A stretch of 64,000 nucleotides of DNA from Waterburya sp. (GCA_965217895.1 CBDCJV010000002.1:4800001-4864000), one strand, 5' to 3'; shown: positions 47,670 through 58,361, numbered from the stretch's first letter. A program made the numbers and translations. The notes: generated by a model not told the origin, from the sequence alone.

Positions 47670-49061
47670 ATGCAGACGATCAAAAATTTCAACACAGCAA
47701 AACTATTACCTGGTGGTAGTGACTCTACTGTTTTCGATCTGCAAGAAGCATGGTATCCCATTTACTATGGTTCAGATTTGGATAAGCATAAACTCACTCG
47801 ATTTACTTTACTAGAAAAAGATCTAGTAATTTGGTGGGATAAGTCGGCGCAGACATGGCAGGTATTTGAAGATAGATGTCCTCATCGTCTTGCACCGTTG
47901 AGTGAAGGAAGAGTAAACGAAGAGGGACTATTAGAATGTCCCTATCATGGCTGGGCATTTTCAGGAGATGGCGAATGTCAAGTGATTCCGCAACAGCAGC
48001 CAGGAAAAGAGGCACATAATTCTGCTAGAGCTTGCGTTAGATCTTATCCTACTGCGATCGCCCAAGGATTATTATTTGTTTATCCTGGCATAAAAGACAA
48101 TGCACTTCATACCCCCATACCAATTATCGAACCTATGGAAGAAGATAAAGATGATTGGGTTTGCTTAAATATTTTCCGCGATCTTCCCTATGATGCTCTA
48201 ACTCTGTTGGAAAACGTAATTGATGCTAGCCATATTCCCTATACTCATCATAAAACCGTTGGTAATCGTTCTAATGTTGCGCCTGTGGAATTAGAGGTAA
48301 CTGAATCAGGCAAACAGGGTTTTAAAGGTGTTTGGCAAGAAGGACCTCGTAAGGGTCAATTAGGCAAGCAATATACGACTTTTACTGCACCCAACCTGAT
48401 ATGGCACGATCTTACTTCCAAGCAGTTTGGACGCACTCTAACAGTGGTTTATGCAACACCAATTAGTAAGGGAAAATGCCGTTTGTTTGCTCGTTTTCCG
48501 TTCAAGTTTGCTTCGCCTTTTCCTCGCTTTTTTATTAAGCTTGCGCCTCAGTGGTATTCCCACATTAATCAAAATGGAGTTTTAGAAGACGATCAGATTT
48601 TTCTGCATCATCAAGAGCGTTATTTAACAGCCTTGGGTGGTGGCGAGAAATATAGCCAGGCTTTTTATCTCCCTACTAAAGCGGATTTGTACGTATCCCA
48701 GTTGCGCCAGTGGGTTAACTTATATCATGGCGATCCTTTTCCCCATCAAGATTTACCGATCGCCTTATCAAAAGAACAACTGCTAGATCGTTATCATTCC
48801 CACACCAAAAACTGCGCTAGCTGTAACCAGGCTTTGAAGAATATCAAAAGAATTAAGGTAGTTGCGATCGCACTTGTCATCTTAATTTGGGCAACTATTC
48901 CCCCGATCTCTTTATTTGTTGAGATACCTTCAACTTGGAGCGTAATAAGTTTATCTGCAACCTTACTTATCTCCAGCCTAGCTTGGTGGCAACTTAATAA
49001 GTTGGAAAACAAGTTCTATCATGGCGTAGAAATTCCACCTCGCAATTTACCAGGAAACTGA
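47670..49061 (+). CDS. Rieske non-heme iron oxygenase, pheophorbide a oxygenase (PaO)-like
   Basis: CPHRLAPLSEG, CPYHGW, EN.ID.SH...H, HT..C.SC. Confidence 0.88.
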   Translation: MQTIKNFNTAKLLPGGSDSTVFDLQEAWYPIYYGSDLDKHKLTRFTLLEKDLVIWWDKSAQTWQVFEDRCPHRLAPLSEGRVNEEGLLECPYHGWAFSGDGECQVIPQQQPGKEAHNSARACVRSYPTAIAQGLLFVYPGIKDNALHTPIPIIEPMEEDKDDWVCLNIFRDLPYDALTLLENVIDASHIPYTHHKTVGNRSNVAPVELEVTESGKQGFKGVWQEGPRKGQLGKQYTTFTAPNLIWHDLTSKQFGRTLTVVYATPISKGKCRLFARFPFKFASPFPRFFIKLAPQWYSHINQNGVLEDDQIFLHHQERYLTALGGGEKYSQAFYLPTKADLYVSQLRQWVNLYHGDPFPHQDLPIALSKEQLLDRYHSHTKNCASCNQALKNIKRIKVVAIALVILIWATIPPISLFVEIPSTWSVISLSATLLISSLAWWQLNKLENKFYHGVEIPPRNLPGN

Positions 49062-49089
49062 TAATTGTTAATTGTTAATTGTTAATTGT

Positions 49090-50124
49090 TTAAAGACTAA
49101 TTCCTCGAAGACTGTCACGGGGATTGTCACTACGAATATCACGAATTTTTTGATAATATTCTCTTTCTTGATTAGTAATTCGTTTTGGAGTAGCAATAAC
49201 AATACGTACTAGCTGATCTGTACGACTACCTTGAGGAGAAGACCAACCCTTGCCTTTAAGCCGCAATACCTGACCCGAATGGATTCCCGCAGGAACTTTC
49301 ATACTGACTATGCCATCGGGGGTAGGAATGCTAATTGATGTACCCAAAACTGCTTCATCAGGGGTAATAGGTACTTCGCATACCAAGTTGTCCCCCTCAA
49401 AGTCAAAGAAGGGATGGGATTTTAACTTAACGTTAAGATATAAATCTCCTCTTGTTTGACCATAACCACTCTTTTGACCTTTCCCCGCTAAACGTATACG
49501 AGTACCTGGTTTGACACCAGCGGGAATCCGAGCTTCTAAAGACTCTATGCCTAAGTTTAGACGTTTAGTAGTACCTCTAAATGCTTCAGAGAAGGTTAAA
49601 TTAATACTGGCTTCGCTATTGACTGGTTTGGATTGCTGATTAAAACCGTCGATGTCTTGATAAGTGCTATCAAAATTGCTGTTGGAATATGACCCTGTGG
49701 TGTTACTTTTAGTGGAAGTTCGATAAGAATAAGTTTGATTGCTATTGCCTGTACCAGGAGTAGAAAAACGTCCCAAAAGCTCGTTAATAAACTCTTCAAA
49801 GTTACCGTACTGGCTAAAATCTGTGCCACCAAAGTCAACTTGAGTATTAGTATTGGAGGTGGTGTTGCTAGAATACCCTGTAGCCGAACTATTTTCCCAA
49901 TACTTGCCAAAGCGATCGTATTTGGCGCGTTTATCAGCATCAGAAAGCACTTCATAAGCTTCGCTGACTTCCTTGAATTTAGCTTCGGCTGCTTTGTTCC
50001 CTTGATTGCGATCGGGATGATATTTTAAAGCTAGCTTACGAAACTTTTTTTTGATTTCATTTACACTTGCTGTTTTTTGGATTCCCAAAATAGCATAGTA
50101 ATCTTTAAATTCAGTGGAAGACAT
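49090..50124 (-). CDS. DnaJ class B (CbpA-like) co-chaperone
   Basis: J-domain with HPD, no zinc finger, DnaJ C-terminal domains. Confidence 0.92.
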   Translation of the reverse strand: MSSTEFKDYYAILGIQKTASVNEIKKKFRKLALKYHPDRNQGNKAAEAKFKEVSEAYEVLSDADKRAKYDRFGKYWENSSATGYSSNTTSNTNTQVDFGGTDFSQYGNFEEFINELLGRFSTPGTGNSNQTYSYRTSTKSNTTGSYSNSNFDSTYQDIDGFNQQSKPVNSEASINLTFSEAFRGTTKRLNLGIESLEARIPAGVKPGTRIRLAGKGQKSGYGQTRGDLYLNVKLKSHPFFDFEGDNLVCEVPITPDEAVLGTSISIPTPDGIVSMKVPAGIHSGQVLRLKGKGWSSPQGSRTDQLVRIVIATPKRITNQEREYYQKIRDIRSDNPRDSLRGISL

Positions 50125-50343
50125 TAATAGCTATCTCCTGATAAAACTTTCTAGTTTGAATATGCGGGGCAATATATATAAAAATAGTGATTTTAGATAA
50201 TATTACTTTAAAAGTTTAACTCTATAATTACACATCAATCAGGTTTGAACCTGCTTTCTATGACTTTGTTTAATCTTCTCAAAAATAAGCAATATAACCT
50301 TGACAGCTTTTTCTCAAACATATTGAGATTATTTATATTTATC

Positions 50344-50377
50344 AAAAAAAGAGTGTAGCTAATACAACTACACCCTC
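50344..50377 (-). terminator. Probable glgC terminator
   Basis: GAGTGTAG...CTACACCCTC stem followed by a T-run on the minus strand. Confidence 0.5.
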
Positions 50378-50470
50378 GGCAATATTTTAAATTTTTGCTA
50401 GTGGACTAATCACAACAATTGTTGTTTTCAAAACTAACTTTTAAAAAGTTGATTACTACAGTTTAAGCTC

Positions 50471-51760
50471 TTAGATAACCGTGTTATCCGCGATCGTTGC
50501 ATTTTTTAAAATGACAACAATACCACTACGAATATAGAAGCCTTCATCTTCTTTCTGAGATTCTTCAACCCGATCTTTATTGATAATCTGCACATTACGA
50601 CCAATACGCGCATTTTTATCGACAATGGCATGACGCACTGTTGTTCCCTCGCCAATGCCTACAGGAACTCCTCCATTTTGCAAACCAGAATTTCTTTCGG
50701 CAAAAGGCTCATAAAAATCTGCCCCCATAATCAAAGTGTCTTCAATGGTGCAATTGCCCTCAATTCTGGTTCTCACGCCAATTACAGAATGATTAACATG
50801 ACAGTTTTTCAGGATACATCCTTCGCCGATCATGGATTCGCTAATTTGACAATCCAGGAGCTTGGTTGGTGGCAAATAGCGAGAACGGGTGTAGATAGGG
50901 TATTTTTCATCATAAAAACTAAAATCGGGATGAGGCTGCTTCGTAAGAGCCAAATTTGCCTCATAAAAAGATTCAATTGTTCCAATGTCTTCCCAATATC
51001 CCTTAAATAAGTAAGCCTGAAGATTGTGGTCTTTAGCTGCACCAGGAATAATTTCGTTGCCAAAGTCAGTTTGGTCTGAGTTACTTTCTAATAAATTGAT
51101 TAAAACATCTTTTCTAAAGACATAAATCCCCATAGAAGCAATGTAAGGACTTTCTTCAGCTTTTTCAGCCGTCAGACCCAATACGCTTGTATCCACCTGC
51201 ATTTTTTTGAGTTCTTCTCCTTTGGGCTTCTCGGCAAAATCGATAATCCTACCTTGATCGTCGATTTTCATCAAACCAAAACTAGAAGCTCTGCGATCGT
51301 CAATTGGCACTACGGACAAAGTAATATCCGCTTTAGTTTGCCGATGATGCTGGATAAACTGGCTGTAGTCCATACGATAGAGATGATCGCCTGAAAGAAT
51401 GATGATTTCGTCAACATCCCAAGCCTTAATCGAATCAATATATTGACGAACAGCATCAGCAGTACCTTGAAACCAACCAGAATTGTCTTTGGTTTGTTGT
51501 GCTGATAATACCTCTACAAAGCCTTCTCTAAACCCAGAAAAGTTATAACTGCGATTTAAATGTCGATTAAGAGAAGCTGAATTAAATTGAGTCAGAACAT
51601 AAATTTTGAGAATCTCTGAATTTATACAGTTACTGACGGGAATGTCGATTAAACGATATTTGCTGGCTAGAGGTACTGCTGGTTTTGCCCTTAACTTAGT
51701 CAGGGGATATAAACGAGTACCCGCACCGCCTCCAAGAATAATACCTAATACTCTTTTCAC
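50471..51760 (-). CDS. glgC: Glucose-1-phosphate adenylyltransferase
   Basis: [44 protein letters not shown]. Confidence 0.98.
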   Translation of the reverse strand: MKRVLGIILGGGAGTRLYPLTKLRAKPAVPLASKYRLIDIPVSNCINSEILKIYVLTQFNSASLNRHLNRSYNFSGFREGFVEVLSAQQTKDNSGWFQGTADAVRQYIDSIKAWDVDEIIILSGDHLYRMDYSQFIQHHRQTKADITLSVVPIDDRRASSFGLMKIDDQGRIIDFAEKPKGEELKKMQVDTSVLGLTAEKAEESPYIASMGIYVFRKDVLINLLESNSDQTDFGNEIIPGAAKDHNLQAYLFKGYWEDIGTIESFYEANLALTKQPHPDFSFYDEKYPIYTRSRYLPPTKLLDCQISESMIGEGCILKNCHVNHSVIGVRTRIEGNCTIEDTLIMGADFYEPFAERNSGLQNGGVPVGIGEGTTVRHAIVDKNARIGRNVQIINKDRVEESQKEDEGFYIRSGIVVILKNATIADNTVI

Positions 51761-51996
51761 TTCTTATAACCTCTTGACTGCCTGTGCCTCTCCAAATAAA
51801 GTTTATCCGAATGGGGGACAGATTCGGCAAAATGAAGTGGAAAACGATGTGTTTTGCTAAAGTAATAAGTGAATGTAATATAAGCGATGCCGACAGTTAA
51901 CTACCTGACCTCAAGGCTAGGGTCGCTAATCTCCTGTCTTTGAAGCTAGAATTGTCAACTTATATTTTAATTTTTTAAGATATTTATTTGCGAACA

Positions 51997-52446
51997 ATGT
52001 CAATGTCATCAGCAGAAACATCATTACCTCCCAAGCTAGAGAAAATAGTCGAACGCTTTAAACGTCGTTCAAACCCCAAACAAAAGTATGAGCAATTGCT
52101 TTGGTATGCTAAAAAGCTGCCAGCAATGCCAGAATCAGCTAAAACAGATAACAATAAGGTCAAAGGATGTGTATCACAGGTATATATCACTGCCAGCCTA
52201 GAAAACGGTAGGGTGTGTTATCAGGGTGATTCTGACGCTCAACTAGTTAAAGGTTTGGTAGCTTTCTTAATTGAAGGACTAAACGATTTACCTCCCGAAG
52301 AGATTATGCAGGTAGAAGCAGATTTTATTGAAGATACAGGATTAAAGGTCAGTCTTACCCCTTCTCGTGCTAATGGTTTCTTTAACATTTTTCAAATGAT
52401 GAAGAAAAAAGCTCTTGGTTTTAGTTTAGGCACCCTCGAACATTAG
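51997..52446 (+). CDS. sufE: SufE-family cysteine desulfurase activator
   Basis: KVKGCVSQV, GDSDAQLVKGL, LTPSRANG. Confidence 0.92.
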   Translation: MSMSSAETSLPPKLEKIVERFKRRSNPKQKYEQLLWYAKKLPAMPESAKTDNNKVKGCVSQVYITASLENGRVCYQGDSDAQLVKGLVAFLIEGLNDLPPEEIMQVEADFIEDTGLKVSLTPSRANGFFNIFQMMKKKALGFSLGTLEH

Positions 52447-52475
52447 GTAATAGCCAAGAACATTTAGGGTGACTA

Positions 52476-53006
52476 CTAAGTTAACTTTCTTGTCTCTTCT
52501 TTAGCTTCTCTTTCAGAAATTACACGAGTACAGCACCAATCTGTAGGCAAAGCAGATGGCCATCCTTTGCGAATAGCTTCTGGGCAAATAGTCATTACCG
52601 TTAACTGACAATCAATAAGTTGAAATCCTTCTTTCTTACACTGCTTTAAGCTGTGTTTTAAAATTGTATCGTCTCTAAATTCAATAGTGTTATTACACTG
52701 AATGCAGACAACGTGATGGTGATGATGAGGATAAGGTTGATTCAGTTCATAATGTTTGTGTCCTTCTGCTAATTCTAATTCGCGCAGAATACCCATACGC
52801 GCCATTAGCTTGACGCTGCGATAAATTGTAGATAAGCTAATAGACTCACCTCGCTGTTCTAGAAGAGCGTGTAACTCTTCCGCGCTCAAGTGATCGCCTT
52901 TAGGAAGATTTTGAAACAGATGGAGAATTTTTTCTCTTTGTGGAGTCATGCGCCAGCCTTTAGAGTTGAGTTCTGCTTTTAAGGAATCTGCCGTGTAGTA
53001 AGCCAT
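52476..53006 (-). CDS. fur: Fur-family transcriptional regulator
   Basis: GWRMTPQREKIL, HLSAEEL, SLSTIYR, HHHHH..C..C. Confidence 0.88.
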   Translation of the reverse strand: MAYYTADSLKAELNSKGWRMTPQREKILHLFQNLPKGDHLSAEELHALLEQRGESISLSTIYRSVKLMARMGILRELELAEGHKHYELNQPYPHHHHHVVCIQCNNTIEFRDDTILKHSLKQCKKEGFQLIDCQLTVMTICPEAIRKGWPSALPTDWCCTRVISEREAKEETRKLT

Positions 53007-53183
53007 ACCAATCTTTTATCATTTATTTCTTGCTTATTGACAATGATAATGTTCTCACGCAAGCTTTGCAATAAAGTTTAGTTACAGCAATTTTTCTGAG
53101 AAAAGCTAGCAATTTAACCAAAATAAAAACGATTATTATAGTCATTCCAATTAAGTTCCTCATGATTGGCTGGTCAGAAGTCA

Positions 53184-53204
53184 CAAAGGACTTGTCCGCA
53201 TGTA
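53184..53204. repeat. 21-nt small dispersed repeat CAAAGGACTTGTCCGCATGTA
   Basis: Interrupts a GTCAGAA heptamer tract; matches 9200-9220 with one compensatory base pair. Confidence 0.8.
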
Positions 53205-53272
53205 GTCAGAAGAATTTGAGGTACTTACAAAATTTCCCCTTTTTCGTATGGTTTCTATTTGCGAGTGACAGA

Positions 53273-54240
53273 TTATACTAAATCCGATTTATAAAGTATG
53301 TAAACAACAAGCGTTTTTTAGCCAATGATAGTTAGTCAATTTACGAACTTCATCTTTCATTTCACTGACTACACAACAACGCTCAACTAAAATGTCCTCT
53401 ATCTCATTGATAGTTTCAAAATATTGATTTACCAGAGGTTCATCTACTAACTGCCATAACCTTTCGGCTGGCTGTAACTCTGGAGAATAAGGAGGTAAAA
53501 AATCAATCTTTATTCCCTCTGGAATAATCGCTTTTTTGCTGTGATGCCATCCTGCATTATCTTCTATCAAAAGAATTTTTTTTGATTATTAATTCCAGCA
53601 TCAATAGCAAACTGTTGATAAACCAGATTCAGCCAATTTGTATTAACTCTGGGAATTAGATACCATAAAGTTTCTCCAGTTTTTGGCTTAACGAACCCAT
53701 AAACATACAATCATTCGTATCGATGTTGTACTATTGCTTCTGGTCGATGACCAACTTTTGACCAAACCTTTTTTAGTATTGGTTTTAATCCTACTCTATG
53801 CTCGTCGAAAAACCACAGTTCTACCTCCACATCTGGATTTTCTTGTTCAAGTTGCTTAAGTTTCAATGGCAAGTTACTTTTGAACATCTCTTGCTCTAAT
53901 TTATTGGCTTTTTTATGTGTTGGTCTTGGACTTTGCCAAGAGTAACCGCACTTTTTTAAGTAGTCCCATCCTCTCTGATTCCCGACTTTTTCTCTGCCCG
54001 TTTCTTTTTCAATCCAGCGAGCTACCTTAGTTCCTGTCCAGATTCCTCCGTCTGGTAACTCTTTGGCGATCGCTTTTGTTAGTTTTTCTAATTGTGGTTG
54101 TGATAGTAACCTTTTTTTTCCTCTAACATGATTGCTGGTTTTATTTTGGCAATTTTTGACCCCTTCCTCTCCATAGAGGTTGTACCGACCGAGAATCTTT
54201 TGAGCATAAGAATAAGAACATCCCACAGCGAGCGCTATAA
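53273..54240 (-). mobile_element. Truncated IS630-family element, transposase pseudogene
   Basis: wHTH (IWTG.KVARWI), FFDEHRVG, DNAGWH, LPPYSPELQPAE; premature TGA at 53711-53713, frameshift in the A-run near 53580, 5' end missing; boundaries approximate. Confidence 0.85.
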
Positions 54241-54243
54241 TTT

Positions 54244-55128
54244 TTACTCTAAAGATATTTCCCGACCGATCTGCTTGAGCTTGTCGGGATTTCTGACACT
54301 ATAAATTGACTGGATACGACCATCGACAATTTCTAGAGTTATCGCGCTATGAATCTTGCCATTTACATACTGGATAATTCCAGGTTGCCTATTGATTTCG
54401 ACTAAGTGCGAAACCAAATTAACATTAGTCAACCATTTGCGCCGAATGGCCAAAAACATCCGAGCTATCTTCCCCGCCCCATGTATTGGCTTGAGGGTTG
54501 CAACTACCTGACCGCCACCATCTGACAAGAAGGTAACATCCTTAGCAAATAACAGTAGCAAATCTTGCAAGTCACCATTGGTAGAAGCCTCTAAAAATTG
54601 GGCTGTAATTTGTTCTTGCTGTGGTCGAGAAACTGGAAAACGAGAACCTTCGGCAACCAAGTGCTGCTTTGCCCGTCGGAGAATTTGGCGACAGTTGGTG
54701 GGACTCTTGCAGACCATGTTACTAATCTCTTCATAATCATATTCAAATACATCGCGGAGCAAAAATACTGCTCGCTCAAGAGGAGATAAACGCTCTAGTA
54801 CAGCTAAAAAGGCGATTGAAAGTGAGTCTGCTAATTCCATCAAATTGCTTGAATTATCGGCTTGTTGTGTTAACATCGGTTCTGGTAGCCAGGTACCAAC
54901 GTATTGTTCTCGTCGAACGCGAGCGGAGCGTAAATAATCGATGCAGAGACGAGTAATGATGGTAGCTAAATAAGTTTTTGCCGAACGCACCGTTTCGTTG
55001 GCTGTTTGATGCCAGCGTAGAAAAGTTTCTTGTACCATATCCTCAGCATCGGTTACAGTGCCGAGCATTCGATAGGCGATCAAGAACAGCAGCGGACGAT
55101 GTTCATTAAAATCATCGAGAGAACTCAT
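54244..55128 (-). CDS. ECF41 (SigJ-like) sigma factor with SnoaL-like C-terminal extension
   Basis: DAEDMVQE, YVGTWLPEP, DGGG, RNPDKL signature motifs. Confidence 0.92.
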   Translation of the reverse strand: MSSLDDFNEHRPLLFLIAYRMLGTVTDAEDMVQETFLRWHQTANETVRSAKTYLATIITRLCIDYLRSARVRREQYVGTWLPEPMLTQQADNSSNLMELADSLSIAFLAVLERLSPLERAVFLLRDVFEYDYEEISNMVCKSPTNCRQILRRAKQHLVAEGSRFPVSRPQQEQITAQFLEASTNGDLQDLLLLFAKDVTFLSDGGGQVVATLKPIHGAGKIARMFLAIRRKWLTNVNLVSHLVEINRQPGIIQYVNGKIHSAITLEIVDGRIQSIYSVRNPDKLKQIGREISLE

Positions 55129-55532
55129 AAGACCTTCTCCGATTGCTGGGATGTTTTTAATACCTGTATGCTAATCCAACATCCCAATCCATCAACAATT
55201 AATATGACAATAGCTGTAACTTGGAATAGAATTCCCCAGCCTATAAAGGAGACTTGCGAAACGTGGTCTGGGCTAATGACAATAAAATGATTGTAAAGAC
55301 CAAACAAGAACGAGCCACCTATCGAACCGAGTAAGAGCCAACTACCAAGACGATAAAATTGTGTCCAGAGTAGAACGACTGCAACGAGCGGTATCAAAAA
55401 AATCACAATACCTACAAACGAACTTTGAAGCAAAGAAAGGGCAACTGGAATTTTTATATGTGCTAAGCCGTGTAGTCCGTTGGCGATCGCATGAAAAACT
55501 GCGATCGCTGTTCCAGATTGAGCAATTTTCAT
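55125..55532 (-). CDS. Four-TM hypothetical membrane protein
   Basis: Hydrophobic helices with several His (HG.AH, NHF, PDH); overlaps the sigma start by 4 nt. Confidence 0.7.
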   Translation of the reverse strand: MKIAQSGTAIAVFHAIANGLHGLAHIKIPVALSLLQSSFVGIVIFLIPLVAVVLLWTQFYRLGSWLLLGSIGGSFLFGLYNHFIVISPDHVSQVSFIGWGILFQVTAIVILIVDGLGCWISIQVLKTSQQSEKVL

Positions 55533-55588
55533 TTTTCTGCTTGCTAAGTAAAAAACTACAAAAGATTAATTGTCAATTTATGCTTTAC

Positions 55589-55687
55589 CATGAGGTGCAT
55601 TCCCTTGCGTCTTACGCCGAACGGCACTCACGTGCCATCGCCTGCTTCGCAGGCTCTGAGGCGTTAGCCTCTGTGGGTCAGCTCATG
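55589..55687 (-). repeat. Element A-like copy containing three hairpins
   Basis: Minus strand: CATGAGCTG-ACCC...TTCGGCGTAAGACGCAAGGGAATG-CACCTCATG; internal stems GGCAC/GTGCC, GCCTGC/GCAGGC, GAGGC/GCCTC. Confidence 0.7.
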
Positions 55688-55772
55688 AAATCAGCAACGC
55701 CTAATTTAATTGTGAGGGCTGCACATGAGCAGCTTTAATTAATTCCTGTTGATGGAGTGTCGTTATAGGCAA

Positions 55773-57332
55773 TCATGTACTGACAGCTTGGGGCGTTTGT
55801 TCGGGACTGTGCCTTACGCCTTTAATTAAATCGGCTGCTTTTTCGCCGATCGCAATTGTGGGCGCGTTGGTATGTCCCGTAATTATAGTTGGCATAATTG
55901 AAGCATCGACGACCCGCAAACCCTCAACCCCATATACACGAAGTTCTGGATCTACAACCGCCATTGGGTCGTTTCCCATCTTGCAGGTGCCAACTGGATG
56001 GAACAACATACCACAAACTTCCCGAATGTAAGCTTCGAGAGCTTCATCGCTACTTACGTCAGCATTAGGGGCAACTTCTCTGCCTCGAAACTCATCAAAA
56101 GCACTGGTATCAAACAAATTGCGGATTAATTTTACTCCTTCAATCAGCTTTTGTATATCGCATTGACTTTGAAGATAGTTCAGGCGAATTATTGGTGCGT
56201 CTTGGGGATCTGGCGATCGCAAACTGACACTACCAATGTTTTGGGGATGAGTCAAAGCAACTATACCCGTGAACCCCAAACTAGAGTGAGCAGAGCCAGG
56301 AGGTGTCAACACAATAGGACCGAAGAACAGCTCTAAATCTGGTGTAACCTCCAGATTACCCTCACTATGCAAAAACAATCCAGCTTCGGCAATCCCATTA
56401 CTAGTAGTTGCTGTATGCAAATCCTGAGTGGCTTCGTAGGTCACAGGAACGAGAATATGGTCTTGGAGATTTTGACCGACACCTGGCAAGTCAACAACGA
56501 CAGGAATCCCTAATGCTTGTAGTTGTTCTTTATTACCAATACCTGAAAGCATCAGCAACTTGGGCGAATCAAACGCGCCAGCACTTAAAATCACTTCCCG
56601 ATTGACTTTAACCTGATGTAGCGTTCCGCCCTGCTGATATTCCACGCCAACAGTGCGGTTGTCCTCAAACAATAACCGAGTTACTAATGCTCCAGTAATT
56701 GTTGCCAAATTAGGACGCTCCAGAATTGGGAGGAGGAATGCTGCTGCTGCACTGTGACGCTTACCATCTTTGACAGTAAACTGAAAATATCCTGCACCCT
56801 CTTGCTGTATGCCGTTGAAATCAGGATTACGGTCGTATCCTAATGCCACCGCTGCATCTACAAATTTTTGGGAGATTGGAGCGGGGGAAATAATATCGGT
56901 CACGCTCAATTCGCCATTAACACCGTGGTATGCGTCAGCACCCCGTTGCTGGTTCTCGGATTTCTTGAAATAGGGCAATACATCTTGGTAACTCCAACTA
57001 GGATTACCTAATGACTCCCAGTGGTCGTAATCACGATAGTTGCCTCTTGTATAGAGCAAGAAATTAATCGAACTGCTGCCACCCAAGACTTTGCCACGGG
57101 GACAAAAGATTTTGCGGTTGTTTAGATACGGTTCTGGTTCAGAGAAGTATCCCCAGTCTACTTCGCTACCTAATAGGTGGGTGCATTCTAAAGGAATTTG
57201 AATCTCTGGTTTCGTATCTCGATTGCCAGCTTCGAGCAACAACACGGTTGTTTCACTGTCTTCTGTCAAACGGTTGGCGACAACGCAACCTGCCGAACCT
57301 GCACCAATTACAATATAGTCATATTGAGTCAT
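55773..57332 (-). CDS. GMC oxidoreductase (choline dehydrogenase-like)
   Basis: GAGSAG, RGKVLGGSSSIN, GVGQNLQDH, HPVGTCKMG, VVDASIMP. Confidence 0.93.
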   Translation of the reverse strand: MTQYDYIVIGAGSAGCVVANRLTEDSETTVLLLEAGNRDTKPEIQIPLECTHLLGSEVDWGYFSEPEPYLNNRKIFCPRGKVLGGSSSINFLLYTRGNYRDYDHWESLGNPSWSYQDVLPYFKKSENQQRGADAYHGVNGELSVTDIISPAPISQKFVDAAVALGYDRNPDFNGIQQEGAGYFQFTVKDGKRHSAAAAFLLPILERPNLATITGALVTRLLFEDNRTVGVEYQQGGTLHQVKVNREVILSAGAFDSPKLLMLSGIGNKEQLQALGIPVVVDLPGVGQNLQDHILVPVTYEATQDLHTATTSNGIAEAGLFLHSEGNLEVTPDLELFFGPIVLTPPGSAHSSLGFTGIVALTHPQNIGSVSLRSPDPQDAPIIRLNYLQSQCDIQKLIEGVKLIRNLFDTSAFDEFRGREVAPNADVSSDEALEAYIREVCGMLFHPVGTCKMGNDPMAVVDPELRVYGVEGLRVVDASIMPTIITGHTNAPTIAIGEKAADLIKGVRHSPEQTPQAVST

Positions 57333-57354
57333 GATTCTTGCTCCAAATTATTAA

Positions 57355-58290
57355 CTAGGATGAGTAATTGAGAGTTCCAACGAGCCATTCCAAAGGTCGA
57401 GGTTGAAAGTCTAGTTCGCGTTTTGCTTTAGCATTGGATGCGCCTCGCATCTGAGTACCGTAGTAGACGGCATCGGCACCACCAATCTGCAAAGCTTCTT
57501 TAACTGATATTTGCGGAGGTGAAGGAGCATTGAGCCATCGGGCATAAGCAGGCAGCCACTGGCTTACTTCAAAAGGTCGATCGTCAGTAATCTGGTAAAT
57601 GCCAGGATTACCCCGTTCTACTGCTGCAACTGTGGCGATCGCTGCATCTTCGATATGTAACCACGACCATACGCCTTCGCCATTACCGACAATTGGAAAC
57701 TGCTTCTGTCGCACCTGATTAGCAACGTCGCCATCGGCAGCAAACCAAGTACCAGATCCGTAAAAGAAGCCGTACCGTAGAATAATTCCTTCTAGGTTGG
57801 GCGTTTCAAGTAAACTATGCTCTATTTCAGTTACCGTGCGAACATCTGCCTTAACCGCGGGCGAAGCATCCAAAGCTAGTGGTGTTTCCTCGTCCGCCAA
57901 ACCTTTACCAGGAACTCCCCAGAATGCGATCGACTGCCTCAGATAGCGACGCACGCCAGATACTTGGGCTGCTGCCAACACATTAGCACCCCCCTCTAGA
58001 CGAATACGCTGGCTCAGTGGTGCAGCAGCACTCATCGACTCACCAGTATAGGTTTTGGGCAGAGCGGTAAGTTGCTCGATTACCACTTCTGGCTGAGCGC
58101 GAATCACAGCAGCTTTAACGGCATCAGTATCGAACACATCGGCGATCGCTGATTTTACACCCTGTTGATTTAAATTATTAGCTTTTTCTTGAGAACGGGT
58201 TAGAGCCGTTACATTGTGTCCTTGGGCAAGTAATTGTGCCAGTAGCGGACGACCGATTGCCCCAGTCGCTCCCGCAACAAAAATCTTCAT
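57355..58290 (-). CDS. NAD(P)-dependent epimerase/dehydratase (extended SDR)
   Basis: GATGAIG, LRYGFFYG, HIEDAA, SNAKAK.EL. Confidence 0.9.
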   Translation of the reverse strand: MKIFVAGATGAIGRPLLAQLLAQGHNVTALTRSQEKANNLNQQGVKSAIADVFDTDAVKAAVIRAQPEVVIEQLTALPKTYTGESMSAAAPLSQRIRLEGGANVLAAAQVSGVRRYLRQSIAFWGVPGKGLADEETPLALDASPAVKADVRTVTEIEHSLLETPNLEGIILRYGFFYGSGTWFAADGDVANQVRQKQFPIVGNGEGVWSWLHIEDAAIATVAAVERGNPGIYQITDDRPFEVSQWLPAYARWLNAPSPPQISVKEALQIGGADAVYYGTQMRGASNAKAKRELDFQPRPLEWLVGTLNYSS

Positions 58291-58329
58291 CTGTAAACCT
58301 CTTGAGGTATTTGAACCATCTACAGATAA

Positions 58330-58356
58330 GACGATAGAGCATCATTTTTTGTGACA
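58330..58356 (-). promoter_or_regulatory. ECF41-type promoter TGTCACA-N16-CGTC
   Basis: Minus strand reads TGTCACA aaaaatgatgctctat CGTC, about 40 nt upstream of the epimerase ATG. Confidence 0.85.
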
Positions 58357-58361
58357 GTATG

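Noticed and set aside
51896..51930. IS200/IS605 end-like sequence (GTTAACTACC...)
   Set aside because: Only a faint resemblance, a poor hairpin and no associated tnpA/tnpB/iscB.
55361..55738. 125-aa plus-strand ORF
   Set aside because: Antisense to a real gene and runs through the hairpin repeat; no protein motif.
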